64,000 bases of DNA from Setoptus koraiensis (lineage: Eukaryota > Animalia > Arthropoda). The notes beneath the pieces were generated by a model that was not told the origin of the DNA, searched no databases, and saw nothing but the letters and a program-made list of their open reading frames with translations. Shown in pieces: positions 1-13,352 of the stretch. A program made the translations under genes and the position numbers. The stretch covers positions 20,460,001 to 20,524,000 of the forward strand of contig CM106586.1 in NCBI GenBank assembly GCA_048013815.1, read 5' to 3'. Each line of letters opens with the position of its first letter. Positions within the stretch are counted from its first letter, which is position 1.

Positions 1-1542
1 GCCTCGTTTTCGCGATGCCAATCTAAACAAATCGCTTGGGCTTGATTAGAGAGCGTCACTGTTTGCGAACGCAATTAATTCCTCGCCGCACACAACAAGC
101 GGTCGTTTGGTGGCTTTGTTGAAATTGTTAGAAATTGCAATTCGAGATTACGACGACGGCGAGCGACCGACCGAAGCCGGCAACGAAAGTGAACCGACCG
201 GCGTGCCTTATGGTGCGCGCGTCTGGCGTGCCTTACGGCGGCCCGTCCGACAAGTGGCGAGCTTTGTTTTCGTAGCGACGGCCACAGCGACGAGACAATC
301 CAGACTGAGAGATGAGACAAGCCAGACTGAGAGATGATACCAGCGACTCGACGAGACCACCGCAAGGCTGTCTGTGGTTGCCGCTGCCGCCGCTGATACT
401 CGCTGAGAACCCCTGCCAGCCGTCGCTCGGGCTAGGCCGGCCGTCGCTCGGGCAACGCCGGCCGTCGCAACCCGGCGAGGCGGCGCGAAGGAGCGAGCCG
501 AGCGACTGTCATGACAATTGTCGTTAATTGAATTAGTTTGTCGGCCGGCCGCTATTGTCAGCGGCTGGCGTCGCTGGCACAGGTAAAGGCAACAGGTAAC
601 AAACGGCAACAGGTAACAAACAGCAACGGGTAACGGCAGCAGTGCCGGTACAGCGCGGGCGGCCGCTCGCTTGCGGAGGAGGCCGCATTGTGGCCGCATT
701 GTGCCGTTTCGTGGACTCTCTGGCGAGTTGGCGAGCTGGCGGCTGGCGATCGCTGGCGTGTTTGCACGGCCGGCCAGCCCGACATCCCATCACCGGCCGT
801 GCAAACAATGGCCTCTCTGGTGGCTGGCGTTTCGGCTTGATTGTTATCGCCGCCCGCTAATGACGATCGCACGACCACGACATCGCGCTCGCTTGCGTCA
901 TTTATCTCCATTGTATCTGCGCATGCCTCTCAATGTTTGTTCTCGCGATTTTTATTCTTGTAATTTTTATCCTCGCCAGTTTTATCCTCTCAATTTTTAT
1001 CCGACGTTTAGCGCTCGATGGAGCGGCGGCAGCGACGCGCAACAGGTTGCTCGTTCGCGGCCGGTCAAGCCGACCGTGCAAATGACCGCGTTGTTCCAAG
1101 TCACCAACTGACCAGTCGCCAACCGACTCGCAACAGTCGCCAGCTCGCAGTCTGGCGGCGCGATTGCAAACTGCGCCGTGTCCCGTTACAGTTTGCAATT
1201 AATGCGCCTAATAGCGTTACGTGGTCGGCTGGCGTTGATCACCGATAACGGGTTGATGAGCCGTTTGTCGGGCAAGTGGCACCGTTACGTAACGCAATGT
1301 ATCATGCACGCCTGTTGTGCCATATGGCTGCTGCTTGTGCCGCCGCTGATGCAATTGTTATGCAAATAAGCCGGCTTGTCCGAACGGCCAGCTATTTGCC
1401 AGTTTGCTGTTGTTGTTGTTGTTTGCCTGCTGTCAATCATGCCAAGAGTTTTGAGATTTGATTTTGCTCATCAGCGCCGCCAGTGCCACTGTCACTGCCA
1501 CTCGTTTGGCTTCTGGCCGCCGCCGCCGGCCTGTTCACCATT

Positions 1543-1645
1543 GCTCACCTGTCCGCTATTACTCACCTGTCCGCTATTGCTCACCTGTTCAATGTTAGCC
1601 GACTGTTCAATGTTACTCACCTGTTCAATATTGCTCACTTGTTCA
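1543..1645. repeat. About 18-bp minisatellite (CTCACCTGTCCGCTATTG-like) x about 6
   Basis: Read directly. Confidence 0.85.
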
Positions 1646-4061
1646 GCGTTGCTCTTCAATGGCTGTTCGGTGTGATTGGCCGACTGGATGGTGGCGAGAT
1701 GACCCACTCACACACAAAAACACTTGTCATCTGTAAATTATTATGATTGCGCCACCTGACTGCGCTTGCTGTGTTGTGTTTGCTAACAAGATAAGATGTG
1801 TAATTTATGATAATTTAAGATGGCCTGACCTCAATCGGCGGCGCATTATGCGCCGCTCGGGCAGCTCGGGCCGCGCTCAGGCTCGGGCCCGTCCGTTCGT
1901 TCGTTTCATGCGCACTGTCCGTACCGATGATGATTTGATCGCCGTCATGAGTGCCAGCAGCGACAAACGACGAGCCGGCCGAGACGCCAGCGAAGGCGCC
2001 GGCCACCGGCCGGCCGCGCCGCAAAGCAGCCCCGTCGCTCGATCTTCAGTCCGCTGCCAGCTCGATCGGCGCGTTCAGTCCGCTGCCGGCTCGATCGGCG
2101 CGGCCTCTCCTCGGCGGTCCGCGTTCTCCGGCGAAGCCGGCCCGTTGTGCGGCTCTCGAGCTGCTGCTGCTGTTGTCGTTGCTGTCGTTGCTGTTGTTGT
2201 CGTTGTTGTTGTCGTTGCTGTTGTCGGTGTTGCTGTTTTCGGTGTTGCCGCCGCTGCCGCGGTGGCGCCACAGTCATGCTGGGGTCTGTCCACTTGGCAA
2301 TGGCCGAGCCCTGGATTATCCGCTCGCCTGGCGCGGCTTTTTGCGAGCCAGCAGCGCCGACACGAAACGAACACAAAGAGATAAACGAGGCGACGGCAAC
2401 AGATGGCGGCTCGCGAGAAAGTAGCCGATCTAGCGGCCGATCTAGCGGCAGTGCAACATTGGGATCGAGCCAGCGGATCGAGCCACTGGCAAGACTCGTC
2501 GGCAAGACTCGCTGGCAAGACTCGCTGGTGAGACTCGCTGGCAAGACTGGCAGCGGCGAGAGAAGAGCGAGCCAGCAAAAACTAAACAAGACGACCGACA
2601 CGATTGACGTAATGGATGAGTGAGACGACGATGATGATGCAACAACTATTGTGTACAGTTACTTGTTACTATTAAATGGCGACTAGTGAATAGTAACAAG
2701 TGAATAGCAGCTCGAGTAGAGTGCACAAACAGTGCTGACCCGAGCGCTGGGCAAAAAATAGCACCGAGCAGTCATTATTCAACAGCAACAGCAACAACAA
2801 CAGCAACGGCAACAGCAGCGGCGGCCAAATACCGCAACATTCCACAGATGCCACCCCAACATTATGAGCCGACCAGCACAGGTGAAGCGGCCAGCACAGG
2901 TGAGCGGCCAGTTCACCTGTCCGCTTGGCTGGCCGCCGTCGTGGGCACTATGCCGCTGCTGGCCGTTAACTGGCCCGACGAGACGCTCGCATGCTAATTG
3001 AAGGTTAAAACGCAAATTGGATCAGCGAGTCGTGTCGTCGTGATTCTGGCTACTCCTCGCCGAGCCAGCGCGGCCATTCTTCGCTTGTGTATTCCATTGC
3101 TATTCTCGGCCGTTCGATTCTCATTCGCTTCGGCGCTCGGTTCTCATTGGCTTCGGCGCTCGGTTCGCATTCGCTGCGGCGCTCGGTTCGCATTCGCGAC
3201 GCCACTCACCGCCGAGCTCGTCTCGTCGCTCGGCGTCATCCCTCGGCGCAGTCGCCACTGCGCGGTCACTATTGGCGCGGTCACTGTTGGCGTGGTCATC
3301 TCTCCGCGCACAGGCGGCTCGACAGGTGAGCGAGGTGAGCTGAGGTGAGCGAGGTGAGCGAGGTGAGCAGAGGCGAGCGGCGAGCACAACTCCTGGCGAG
3401 CACGGCGGCAACCTGATCGGTGATGAGTTAATCTCGGCGATTCGAGACGCTCCAGCCAACGATCGGCCGCCGCGAATATCTGGACGCGCTGAGGTGAGCG
3501 GCTCATTGTTAATTAGTGTCTGCGCCGCTCATTTCTTCATGAAGCAGCGGTGCCCGTAGCAGCTTCGAGCGGCCCGCACCGACAGTGGCCATTGTCCGGC
3601 TGTGCAGCACAAATGATATTTTCTGCGCTCATTGGCGGCCTCAAAAAGCCATCAATGGTCGGCCTTCGCGAGGCAACCCTTGGACAAATATGACTCATGT
3701 CATATGGAGCAGAGTCACTAGTAATGCTCGAGTCGCCAGTGGCCTACAAATATCAACTCACGCACAGTGTGCGCTTGTCACAGGTGAATCCCGTATCGCA
3801 TAACGAGAGACACATATCGGCTTACGTAACTGGCCGTGGCATGTCTGGCTACACATGCGCTCGTATGCGCTCGTATGATATGAGTCATGCGATATGCGTC
3901 GAGCATAGGAGTCGATATGACAGCCAGCGCATGTGGGTCGGCCACTAATGACAGATAAGCGCTGGCATTAGCCCTTATTTAACATCATTAGCGATCATCA
4001 GCGATCACGACGATGCTAATCGTCGCCCAACCAACAACCAAATGGCACCAGCCACCAGCCG

Positions 4062-4130
4062 ACAGGTAACGGCCAACAGGTAACGGCCAACAGGTAACAG
4101 TCAACAGGTAACAGCTAACAGACGAAACGA
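4062..4130. repeat. 14-bp minisatellite (ACAGGTAACGGCCA-like) x 4-5
   Basis: Read directly. Confidence 0.9.
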
Positions 4131-6267
4131 GCAGCTACAGGTAATGTCAGTTATCCATTATCGGCGCCATTGACAGGGCAGATGGATAACGGCGACGCTC
4201 TAGTTAACCTGTGGCCTTACCTTTTTTGCAACGGCGCGCTGGCTCGCCAAGCCACCGTTTGCAGGCAAAGGCCACAGCTTGTCAGCAAAGGCCACAGGTT
4301 GCCAGTGCTGGCCAGAGTTGGCACAATTGACCAGAATCGACTGGCAAACAAACAACACGGCACAGTTACGACACAACCGCTGCAACGGTGCAAAGAGTCG
4401 GGTTGGCACACAACATTGCGTTGTCGTTGTTGTTGTTGTTGTCGTTGTTGCTGCTGTTGTTGTCGTTGTTGTTGTTGCGCAATGGTGTTAATTCGTCGCA
4501 ATGAATCGCTCGCAAATTGGCACACAAACACACTCATTGGCATAATGACATGGCCGCGCAACCGTCGTGACAAATTGTAATTTGTACCTGTCTATTCAAA
4601 CACACACACTCCCAATTAGGTGACTAATAATAATAAGGCAATCTCTACATTAGTGTTATATTAATGCCAGGCCGGCCTGCTTGTCGCAACGGCCGCATAC
4701 AACTCGCTCTGACGCAAGCTTGTTCACACTCGAGTCTCGAGAGTTGTAATTGAATTATTATCTCTAATGGCACCTGTTGCACTCCGACAGTTGGAGCCGC
4801 TATTCAAATTAGCCGATAGACTCAACTTGACTTGTGAGTCGCCCGACTTGTGCCAGAAGTCGCTGCTCAAACGCGCACTGTGCCACCGTTTGGCCAACTT
4901 ACTTTCGGCGGTTACTTTCGGCGGCGAAAGTTTCACTCGATCAGATCTTCACATTGGCTGCGAATCACAGTGGCTGCGAATCACAGTGGCCGCGAATCGC
5001 ATTGGCTGCGAATCGCAGTTCGCCAGGTGAGTGGCGATTTGTGCCGAGTGGACCGAGCTCGCCGTTGACTTGTGAATCACAAGTTGTGATTCGCACACAA
5101 ATCACAAGCCGCAATTTCGCGTCAGCATCAATAACACATGTCACCTGACATTACATCGACACAAGCGCTGGCACTGGCGTCACATGGTCGCCGGTGACAT
5201 AATGACACCTGTCAACTGCCAGCCTCCAATTGACTCTCGGGCCAACAGTCTTGGCCGGCTGCGTGCGAGCTCGATTGTGTGCGCGCATAGGAACAATGGC
5301 GCCGGTTATGCGCTGCACAACAACAACAGCGACAACAACAACAACAACAACAACCGCTACAACCGCAACAACCGCAACAACAACCACAACGACAACAACA
5401 ACAGCAGCGACAACAACAACAGACACTAGCGAGAAATAATGTTATATAATAATTATCTGTCCATTATCAGGCGGCGGGCACTTTCGCTCGATCGAGAGCG
5501 CGCCGGCCCAATTATCTGGTCGCTCGGCTGCTCGTATGACGAGCCAATTGAGCGCACAACACTTATGCAGATGCCGCCCGTCCCCTCGGACGTTCTCTGC
5601 GAGCGTTCTCTTCGAACGCTCTCGCCGGACGCTCTCGCCGAACGCTCTCGCCGAACGCTCTTTGCGAGCGTTCTTTTCGAACGTTGCCACATAAGCTCCT
5701 CTCCGGTCGCTCTGACACTTTCCGGTGTGTGCGACTCGCACGGTGTGAGCCGTCGGCCGGCTGCTGTCGCTTGCCGCCTGTCGCCCGCATGTCACAGGTG
5801 AGAGTGGCAAAGTCTCAGGCCGAGCTTTCGAACGGTCGCTCTCTGTTCGGAGTGGCGGCCGTTGCATGCGCTCTAGTGCCAGCGACATTGCGTAATGACC
5901 GCTCGAAGGATGTGAATTGTTACATATAACGTTATCATTATTTTGTTATTTTTTGCGCCCGCTCTCCGCCTGAGACCGCTGCAAGCCGGCGATATTGCCA
6001 CAGTTACAAAATCTAACGGTTGTTGTCGTTGCGAGACGCTCTTGCGACGCCAACAACAACTCGCCGCACTCACACGCCAACCACTTCGTGTGCCGCTCCA
6101 ACTGCCGGCTGGCAAGCCAATCAGCCAGTGCAATGATCTCGTCAGCGCCGACAGCCGACGACAGCAGCAGCGGCAACAAGTGCGACTATTCTGATACTGT
6201 TTTGATACCGTTTTATACTGTTTTTTACTGTTTGCCGGCGGAATGCCGCCGTTTCCTGTCGCGACTT

Positions 6268-6328
6268 GTTGCGAGTTGTTGCGAGTTGTTGCGGGTTGTT
6301 GCGAGTTGTTGCGAGCTGTTGCGAGCTG
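6268..6328. repeat. 10-bp minisatellite (GTTGCGAGTT) x 6
   Basis: Read directly. Confidence 0.9.
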
Positions 6329-7189
6329 TGGTGCGACTAGCGGACAGCTATCGAAGTTGTTGCAGTTTGTTGTGCGCCGCCGCCGCGTAATCTCGGCTCG
6401 AATCAGAGATCTCTATTGGGCAGGCACGCAGCCAACTGGACAGCGCTCAATTGCGCAACAAGTGGCTCAAGAAACAAAAATTGCTCGCCGTTGTTGCGTC
6501 AGAGTGACTGGTCAGTCTTAGCAGTGCGCATCGCGATGAACCGCGGCCAACTGGGCATGCATTATGTAACTGCGATGACACAAACGAGTGCACAAACAAC
6601 AAACTGAGCGCACCATTTAGAGCAACAGGTGAATAAAACAATTGGCCTTTGTTTGCCGGACGCGTCGCAATCGGCTCGCAGCATTCGGCTTGCCAGTGGC
6701 GAGACAAATGGTATGCAAATGCACTGCCATTGGCAAATATCATATCATGTTATTCATCATACTTTTGCCATCTTGATACGCAAGCTCAGCTCACCATCGA
6801 GCACGTTCTGTATTGTTGCGCAATTTGCGCTTGCTCGCCGACCGGATGTCGGGCCGGCTCATGAGTGGCACTCATGAGTGCACAAGTCGCAGAGGTCGGA
6901 GTCAGCGGGCAACGGGGCGCACAGGTAGTGTGGCGGCTCGAATGGTGACCGTTACGAGGCACAGGTATTGGCACAAGACAATAGAGTCATTGTTCGGTTA
7001 GCGGCTAAGTGAGTCTGAGAAAGTTAAAAATATTACACCGCCATTTGACGTTACGCAATGATGTTTGCTTCAGCGGTTGCGCGCCAGTCCTCACGACAAT
7101 AACCAAATACTTGTTGAATAATCATTAAAATTGTAAGTAACTACATGAAAAAGTGTGTGCACTCTCTCGCCTGATGGCCGCATAGACGC

Positions 7190-7520
7190 GACTTCCGCAG
7201 CCTCAATTGTTGTTTTGAGGCTCGGAGCGCGGGGACCGGGCTGCGGCAGAGTCGACCGGGCCGCGCAGCTAGGTTCGGTATTTTGGGTATTTTTTTTTTG
7301 AAAAAAAATCCGCTCTGGGCATCCTAGCCCCGCCCCACCCTCACCCGAAAACGCGCGGTCGACCTGTTCGTTTCCCCCATCGAGTCGCACGTTCAGACCG
7401 ACACCAGCGGCCCGACTTTGCCGATGAACTTCTCACTACGGGTCGCGCGGGCTGTCTGACACGAGAGAGAGAGAGACGCGACCCGTAGTGACCGCCAATG
7501 CGGACCTGGTCAGCATCTCC
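7190..7520. promoter_or_regulatory. Candidate promoter or regulatory island
   Basis: CpG-dense block with a T10-G-A8 tract (7290-7308), GC box ccccgcccc (about 7328), a (GA)n tract and a 15-bp inverted repeat. It is bounded by AT-rich (TAA)n at 7533-7690. No transcript evidence. Confidence 0.35.
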
Positions 7521-7821
7521 GGTCGACCCGGCCGTAATAATAGTAATAATAGCAATAATGGCAATAACGGCAATAATGGCAGTGCCAATATTGGCAGTAT
7601 AATATTGGCAATAGCATAATAATGTATAATAATACAGTATAGTGATAGTAACGTCTAATAATAATATAGTAGGCGCGCGATAATTAACTTTTTGATCTGC
7701 GCTCGTCGTTGAGTAATCGTAATAATAATCGCCAGCCAGACAATCATCGATCAATTGGCGCTCGATTTGGCCGGCAGTCGCTACTTTGTTGCCGGCCGGT
7801 CAACTTTGTGTCGGGTTGTTG

Positions 7822-7912
7822 CATCGGATTGTTGCGTCGGATATTTGCGTCGTATATTTGCGTCGGATATTTGCGTCGGATATTCGCGTCGGATATTTGT
7901 GTCGGACATTTG
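7822..7912. repeat. 13-bp minisatellite (GTCGGATATTTGC) x about 6
   Basis: Read directly. Confidence 0.9.
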
Positions 7913-8731
7913 TAGGGGATCGCTGTGCGAGCAGACGACGACAAGTCCGGTTCGATTGAAATCAATTTGCAATTTGCATGCCGATCGAAAGCGCGCTCGC
8001 GGGTCGCCGGCGAGCTCACTGTTGGCGCTGTCACGATCGGCCCGCTCGGCATGCAAATGAGCGCCCGTCGCCCGACGGTCGCCCCGCCAAGCGGCTAAAC
8101 CGGAGATAAATTGTGGCATTGCAATGGCCATCTCAGCAACTGCAGTATCTTTGTTGGCGCCATCCGCTCGTCAGCCTGCACACAAACAAATTATTGTTTA
8201 CTATTTACTATTTACTATTCATTATTTATTATTTATTATTGTTTTTGAATCACCTGTTGCTCTCGCGCCAATCATCTATAGACTCTGTATAGATGGACCG
8301 TAGTACACAGGTATGGTGCCACCACCTGGTGATGGCCGCTGACGGCTATCGATGTGCACGGTAGACAGCCCGTCTGACAACTCTGACAGTGAGTCGGAGA
8401 TGCCTATCCATATCTGCCGACTCGCTCGATGAATATCGACACATATCGAGACACACATCTGACAAGTGGCGTCTGTGAGCCGGCCGGCATTTGAGTTTGA
8501 TTTGCATTTATATTTGTATTGCTACTTCCGGTTCCGAACGGCCCACTCGGCTGCCCACTCGGCGCTCTCACATGGCTGGCCGCGGTCCCGTTGGCCGGGT
8601 CTGTATCAAACAAAAGTGGACAAAATGCCGTTGAATGGCCGCCACAAACGAGTTGTGTGTGGTGCGGATGTTGCGCAATGTTGTCGCTACAATGTTATCT
8701 GAAAACTTAATCGTCCGCGGGCCAGTTTACA

Positions 8732-8790
8732 TTGTCGCAAGTTTAAACTGTCGCAAGTTTAGATTGTCGCAAGTTTAAATTGTCGCAAGC
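8732..8790. repeat. 16-bp minisatellite (TGTCGCAAGTTTAAAC) x 4
   Basis: Read directly. Confidence 0.9.
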
Positions 8791-10157
8791 ATGGCCGCTC
8801 AAATTGATGATGGTATCGCGTCGCACTTGGAGCGGATCCGTTTAAATCCGTAGACGTTGTTCCTTGGTCAGATAGTCGTCAGATGGATCGGCTCGCCGGG
8901 CTGCCGTCGGGACGCCAGTGTCCGCCTTGACGGTGTCACGTCCGGCTCGCCGTAAGCTCATGTTGTCGGTGTCACCGGCAGGGCCATTTATCGAGGCCAA
9001 CCGCCAGCCGTTTATTTGCATTGGATGCCTGCCGTAGGGTCAGATTGTAATCGCGTTAATAACTGTCTGATCAGCGATTGGGCCAGCGTTAATTCAATTA
9101 ATCATTAATTAACTATTGCTTGTCAATTTCGCCAAGTGTCGCCAAATGACTGATGACGACGATTGCGCAATCAGCTAACTTCCTTCTCCGCGCCAATAAA
9201 CACATTGCCACAATGCGAGCCCGACATAATTAACGAGCTATTAACTTAACATATACACAGCTTAACATGGCCTGTTAATTAACAGGGTACCGGTTGTCGG
9301 GTGCGCGTACCCAGTGGGCGGGTTGTGTCGCCAGTACGGGCTGGGGTACGCATAGCAGAATGTATCAATGACACTGTTGCGAGTTGTTTATCGCTGACGC
9401 AGTTTCAGCTATTTAAATGAACACGAACAATCAACATGAACGATCTCGTGCCCGTGAACTTTGCTCATGCCGCATGACTCATGCGGCACGCGGAATTGCA
9501 GCCGCCGGGTATCCCGAGGGCGGTCAAGTCTCGGCGCGGCGGGTCGGGCTAATTTTCGCGCGACGACGAGTTTCGCGTGCGCCGTTCACATTGCAAAGCG
9601 CGATTAATGAATGGGGCACGAATGGGTATTAGATATATGCTGTAACAAGCATGGGTTAGATATATTTTGTAACAATGGGGCACCAGCACGGGCCGGCGAC
9701 GGGTGCCTAGAGACTTTCGCGAGCGCTCCCGTCTCGACGCAACTCATTTGCGTCGTCTGCTGCCGGCCCGGCCCGACAAACAATCGCAAGAACGCGACAC
9801 AATGGCGTCAGAGGACACACAAACAGCGCCGTTTGTTGGCCGGCGGCCAACTGCCGACTCGAGTCGCTATTTATCTGCTCGCAGCGTCGTCTGCCCGAAT
9901 GCCGCCCGCTCACAACAGGCAACTTAATAAGACTTAATGAGGCGACTTAATTAGCGAGCGGGGCCGGCGTCTTTCAAACGTTTTGTAGGTCAATCCGATC
10001 GGCGTGCCGCTGCGAACTTGTTACGTAACATATTATTATTTATAGTATTATGCGTTTTGTATGTTGGTCTTAGTATTTGCGTATTCGCGTATTTGCGTAT
10101 TCGCGTTCGACGAGCAAATAGATAATTAATAATAATCATTCAGAAGCAACCGCAACG

Positions 10158-11537
10158 ATGGACCATTTACTGCACACCGTGCTGGCCAGCACCGTCAGAA
10201 GCACTCACTGGATTGTGCTGGCGCCCCATTTAGTGCCCTATTTAATCATATTATTGAACTGCTTTCTATTCAGTGTGGCCCGGCGCGTGATTAGCGCCAA
10301 ATCGCCCCGATTTTGTCTATTGGCACTGTCAGAATTGGTGTCGACGCTGGAATTGTGCGTTCAATGCGCCGAACTCAACATTGTGTACGATTTGCACGGC
10401 TCGTGGCCGTACGGCCTCACACTGTTTCTACTGTCCATTTGGTGGAGTTGCGTATTTGGCGAGGCGCACGCGACGCCCGTGTACGTGCTCGAGGATTTGA
10501 TTGTGCAGTCGCCCGCGCAACAATGGTCCATTTATTTGCGCCTAACGGGACAATTGATGGCGCTGCCGCTGGCCATCCGGTTTGCGGCCATTTATTGGGG
10601 CAAGCATCTCATCGAGCGCCACCGTCACTACGACCACGTGTACGCCAACGGTCACTGTCAGAGCGCCCTGCAAACTTCGACGCTCAACGGATTTCTCGTC
10701 GAGTTCACCTGTTGCCTGTTGTACCGTCTGCTCGAGTTGTGCCTGGCCAAGTGGCGCCTGGGTCAGGGCGCCCTGGCCAAGGTGATCGAGGCCGCCATCG
10801 GGTCGGCGCTGGTCGTCGCAGGTGAGTTATAGCCCGAAAATATAATACTTTTCCAAATTGCCCGATAATTTCCCAAATTGCTCGACGATTTCCCATATTC
10901 TGCGAAAATTTCCCCAATTGCCCGACGATTTCCCCAATTGCCCGGCAAGATCTCTCTTTTTTTCTGATAATCGGATAACTTGTCGCTCCGGCGAAGCTCC
11001 ATTATCCAGCTCGACTAACGGCAAAATTTTTCGCCTCTATCCCTCACATAATGGGCTCCAATTCGTATGGTCTTTGCCCGGCCCCGATCATAATAATAAT
11101 GTTGACCATCGTAATGCTTGGCAGCGCTCGAACTGTCCGGCGGCTACATGAATCCGGCGCTCGCGTCCAGCCTCGAATTTGGCTGCAACGGCGCCGACAA
11201 CTATCAGCACATTGCCGTCTTCTGGCTGGGGCCCGTGTGCGGCCAACTGTGCGCCCGTTTATTGCACAGACGTTTCTCGAGCTCGCTCACTTCCGGCGGA
11301 AGTTGTAAACATGTGCACAGCAATAGCAAGCTGTGTCAGGAGAACGATGCAAGTAACAACAACAAGCCAGCAAACAGCAAACAACAATCTGCGACATTGA
11401 AGAGACAGGCCAGCACTAGACAGAAACAGCAGCAGCAGCGACAGCAGCGCCGCCAGCAGTTGCAGCAACAACAACAACAACCGACAGACCAAAGACAGCA
11501 GCAGGCAACGGGTGCTGAGGCCAAGAAGCAGCGCTGA
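10158..11537 (+). CDS. Unorthodox aquaporin (AQP11/12 superaquaporin family), two exons: 10158-10821 and 11125-11537
   Basis: Six hydrophobic segments. ELVSTLELCVQCAEL resembles arthropod AQP12-like helix 2. Splicing GCAG|gtgagt (10822) to ttggcag|CG (11124) gives VVAALELSGGYMNPALASSLEFGC with a canonical second NPA at 11151-11159. The loop-B box reads TPV. Confidence 0.9.
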
Positions 11538-13282
11538 CGGTGGCGCCCTCGTTGGGCTCCGTGTTGCCAGCATCTGTTGTGCGGCTTCGCGGGCGACCGG
11601 TGACCGGTGACCGTTGACGATGGGCGACGGTCATTAAGCGGCAGTCAACACAACGACGCTCGAGCGACGTGATATCCGGTCAACGGATCTGACCAAGTCG
11701 CAGTAAAACAGTTACACAACTAAAACCTGGCGAAACAGTTACACACTCACACTAGCGAGACAAAGAGTAGAGTAGAGGATAAATTTACTTAGGCGCAATT
11801 GGCGCAATTCTTCGCTGACGGGTCACAACAACACAACGGCATTAGCATACCGATTTTGGTTGCACGACAGGGCCGAATGGCCGGCCTAATGAGCCTCCAT
11901 TCTATGCCTTACATAATGGGCTCTAATTAGACGCTGATTGAGTATCGGTTTGGCCGGCGATGATCGCACGCCGATAAGCGCGATCCATCGCGCCGGACGC
12001 CATCAGCGACAAGCGGGATCGGATGGCGCCACAAGGAGGCGCCAGTGTTCGGCTTCGGTCATCGGCTGACACGACCAAGAGATAATAGATAGATAGAGAT
12101 TGTGTGGCGTCCGAATGAAGAGATTTCACGCGAGATTTCTCCCGTCGTCTCAGCCACAAGAGATGCGGCCGGGCGCGGCCAAACGATGAGATAAATAAAT
12201 TAACGAGCACCCGAACGGTATTTATGCCGGGCGTTTTATGGCGTCGTGTATTTATATCAATTATACGCTTTTTATCCGATTGCATCAAGATTGCATCAGA
12301 CGACCCAGTTTCAGGCCGAAATCTCGGATCAGATTGAAATTAGACGATTGCTCGGGTGGCGCGATTGAGTGCGAGCCGGCCCTATGCCCTGCACCATATA
12401 TACTTTGGGCAGCTCATATCGCATGAGATAGATATGATGATTTACAGGTGAACCAAACAAACGAAATGGATTATAGTGAACAACAAGTGGCCAACGGCGG
12501 CCGCTTGGTGCGCTGCCGAGTCAGTATGACAGCGCGCCGATTCGAATCGGGCCATCAGCGGATAATGCAAATGTAAATGAAAATGCAAATTCAACCGGCC
12601 GAATGGCCAACAAACGCAATAATCAATGAGCAACTGCCTGGCCAACATAGCAAACAAAGCGCCGATGCAGCGAGACGGCAATATATCATGAGATAAGCAT
12701 CGATGCAGATAATGCTCACATTTGAATTTATATTACGGCACACACACACACACACACACACCAGCGGCACCAATAACGAGACGGCAACAAACGAGATTAT
12801 TATGTAACAGCGCCACTAATAAGCGTTGTGTGTGTCTATAACGAGTGGCGTCGCTTTTGTTGGCATCGCTCGAATGGCGACGAGCGATGCCGCTACGTCG
12901 CTGGCCGCCGTTTATCTGCGTGCAACGGAACGAAACGGCCAACGAAGCGCCATTGCGCTTACCTGTCCGAGCGGAATATTAATTTATATTATTATCACCG
13001 ATATACAATGTGCCGAGCGATGTGCGCTGTCGAAGGCTGCCAGCTCATGATGATAATTAGATGCCTGTATCGGCGATTAGATTATGTTTGTATTAGTGTG
13101 ATGTCCGTCGATGCGCGCAGCGCCCTCTGTGCAAGCCAACCGGCCCACAGGTGAGAGCTCAGGTGAGGGCACAGGCGAGGGCACAGGCGAGGGCACAGGT
13201 GAGGGCAAAAGTTGTGACACACATCCTAATGAATATGGATGGTGCAGCGGCGCATAAATGTTGTGCCGTTGTGTGTGTGCCA

Positions 13283-13287
13283 ACAAT

Positions 13288-13344
<57 letters not shown>

Positions 13345-13352
13345 AACAACAA
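13283..13352. repeat. (CAA)n microsatellite; similar tracts at 2160-2240, 4420-4475, 5318-5420
   Basis: Read directly. Confidence 0.95.

Noticed and set aside
7478-7500. ACCCGTAG, the miR-100/miR-10-family seed
   Set aside because: The rest of the sequence does not match the mature miRNA.
8842-9030. 59-aa minus-strand frame behind a possible acceptor
   Set aside because: No homology, and no upstream exon found.
9305-9351. Imperfect hairpin of pre-miRNA size
   Set aside because: Only about 10 bp of stem in GC-rich DNA; expected by chance.
75-10100. Dozens of 60-220-aa ORFs on both strands
   Set aside because: Translations of microsatellites and GC-rich low-complexity DNA (poly-V, poly-C, poly-T, poly-Q) with no domain or codon evidence.
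575-13210. Short repeat arrays as CRISPR
   Set aside because: No unique spacers, units too short, no cas genes, eukaryotic context.
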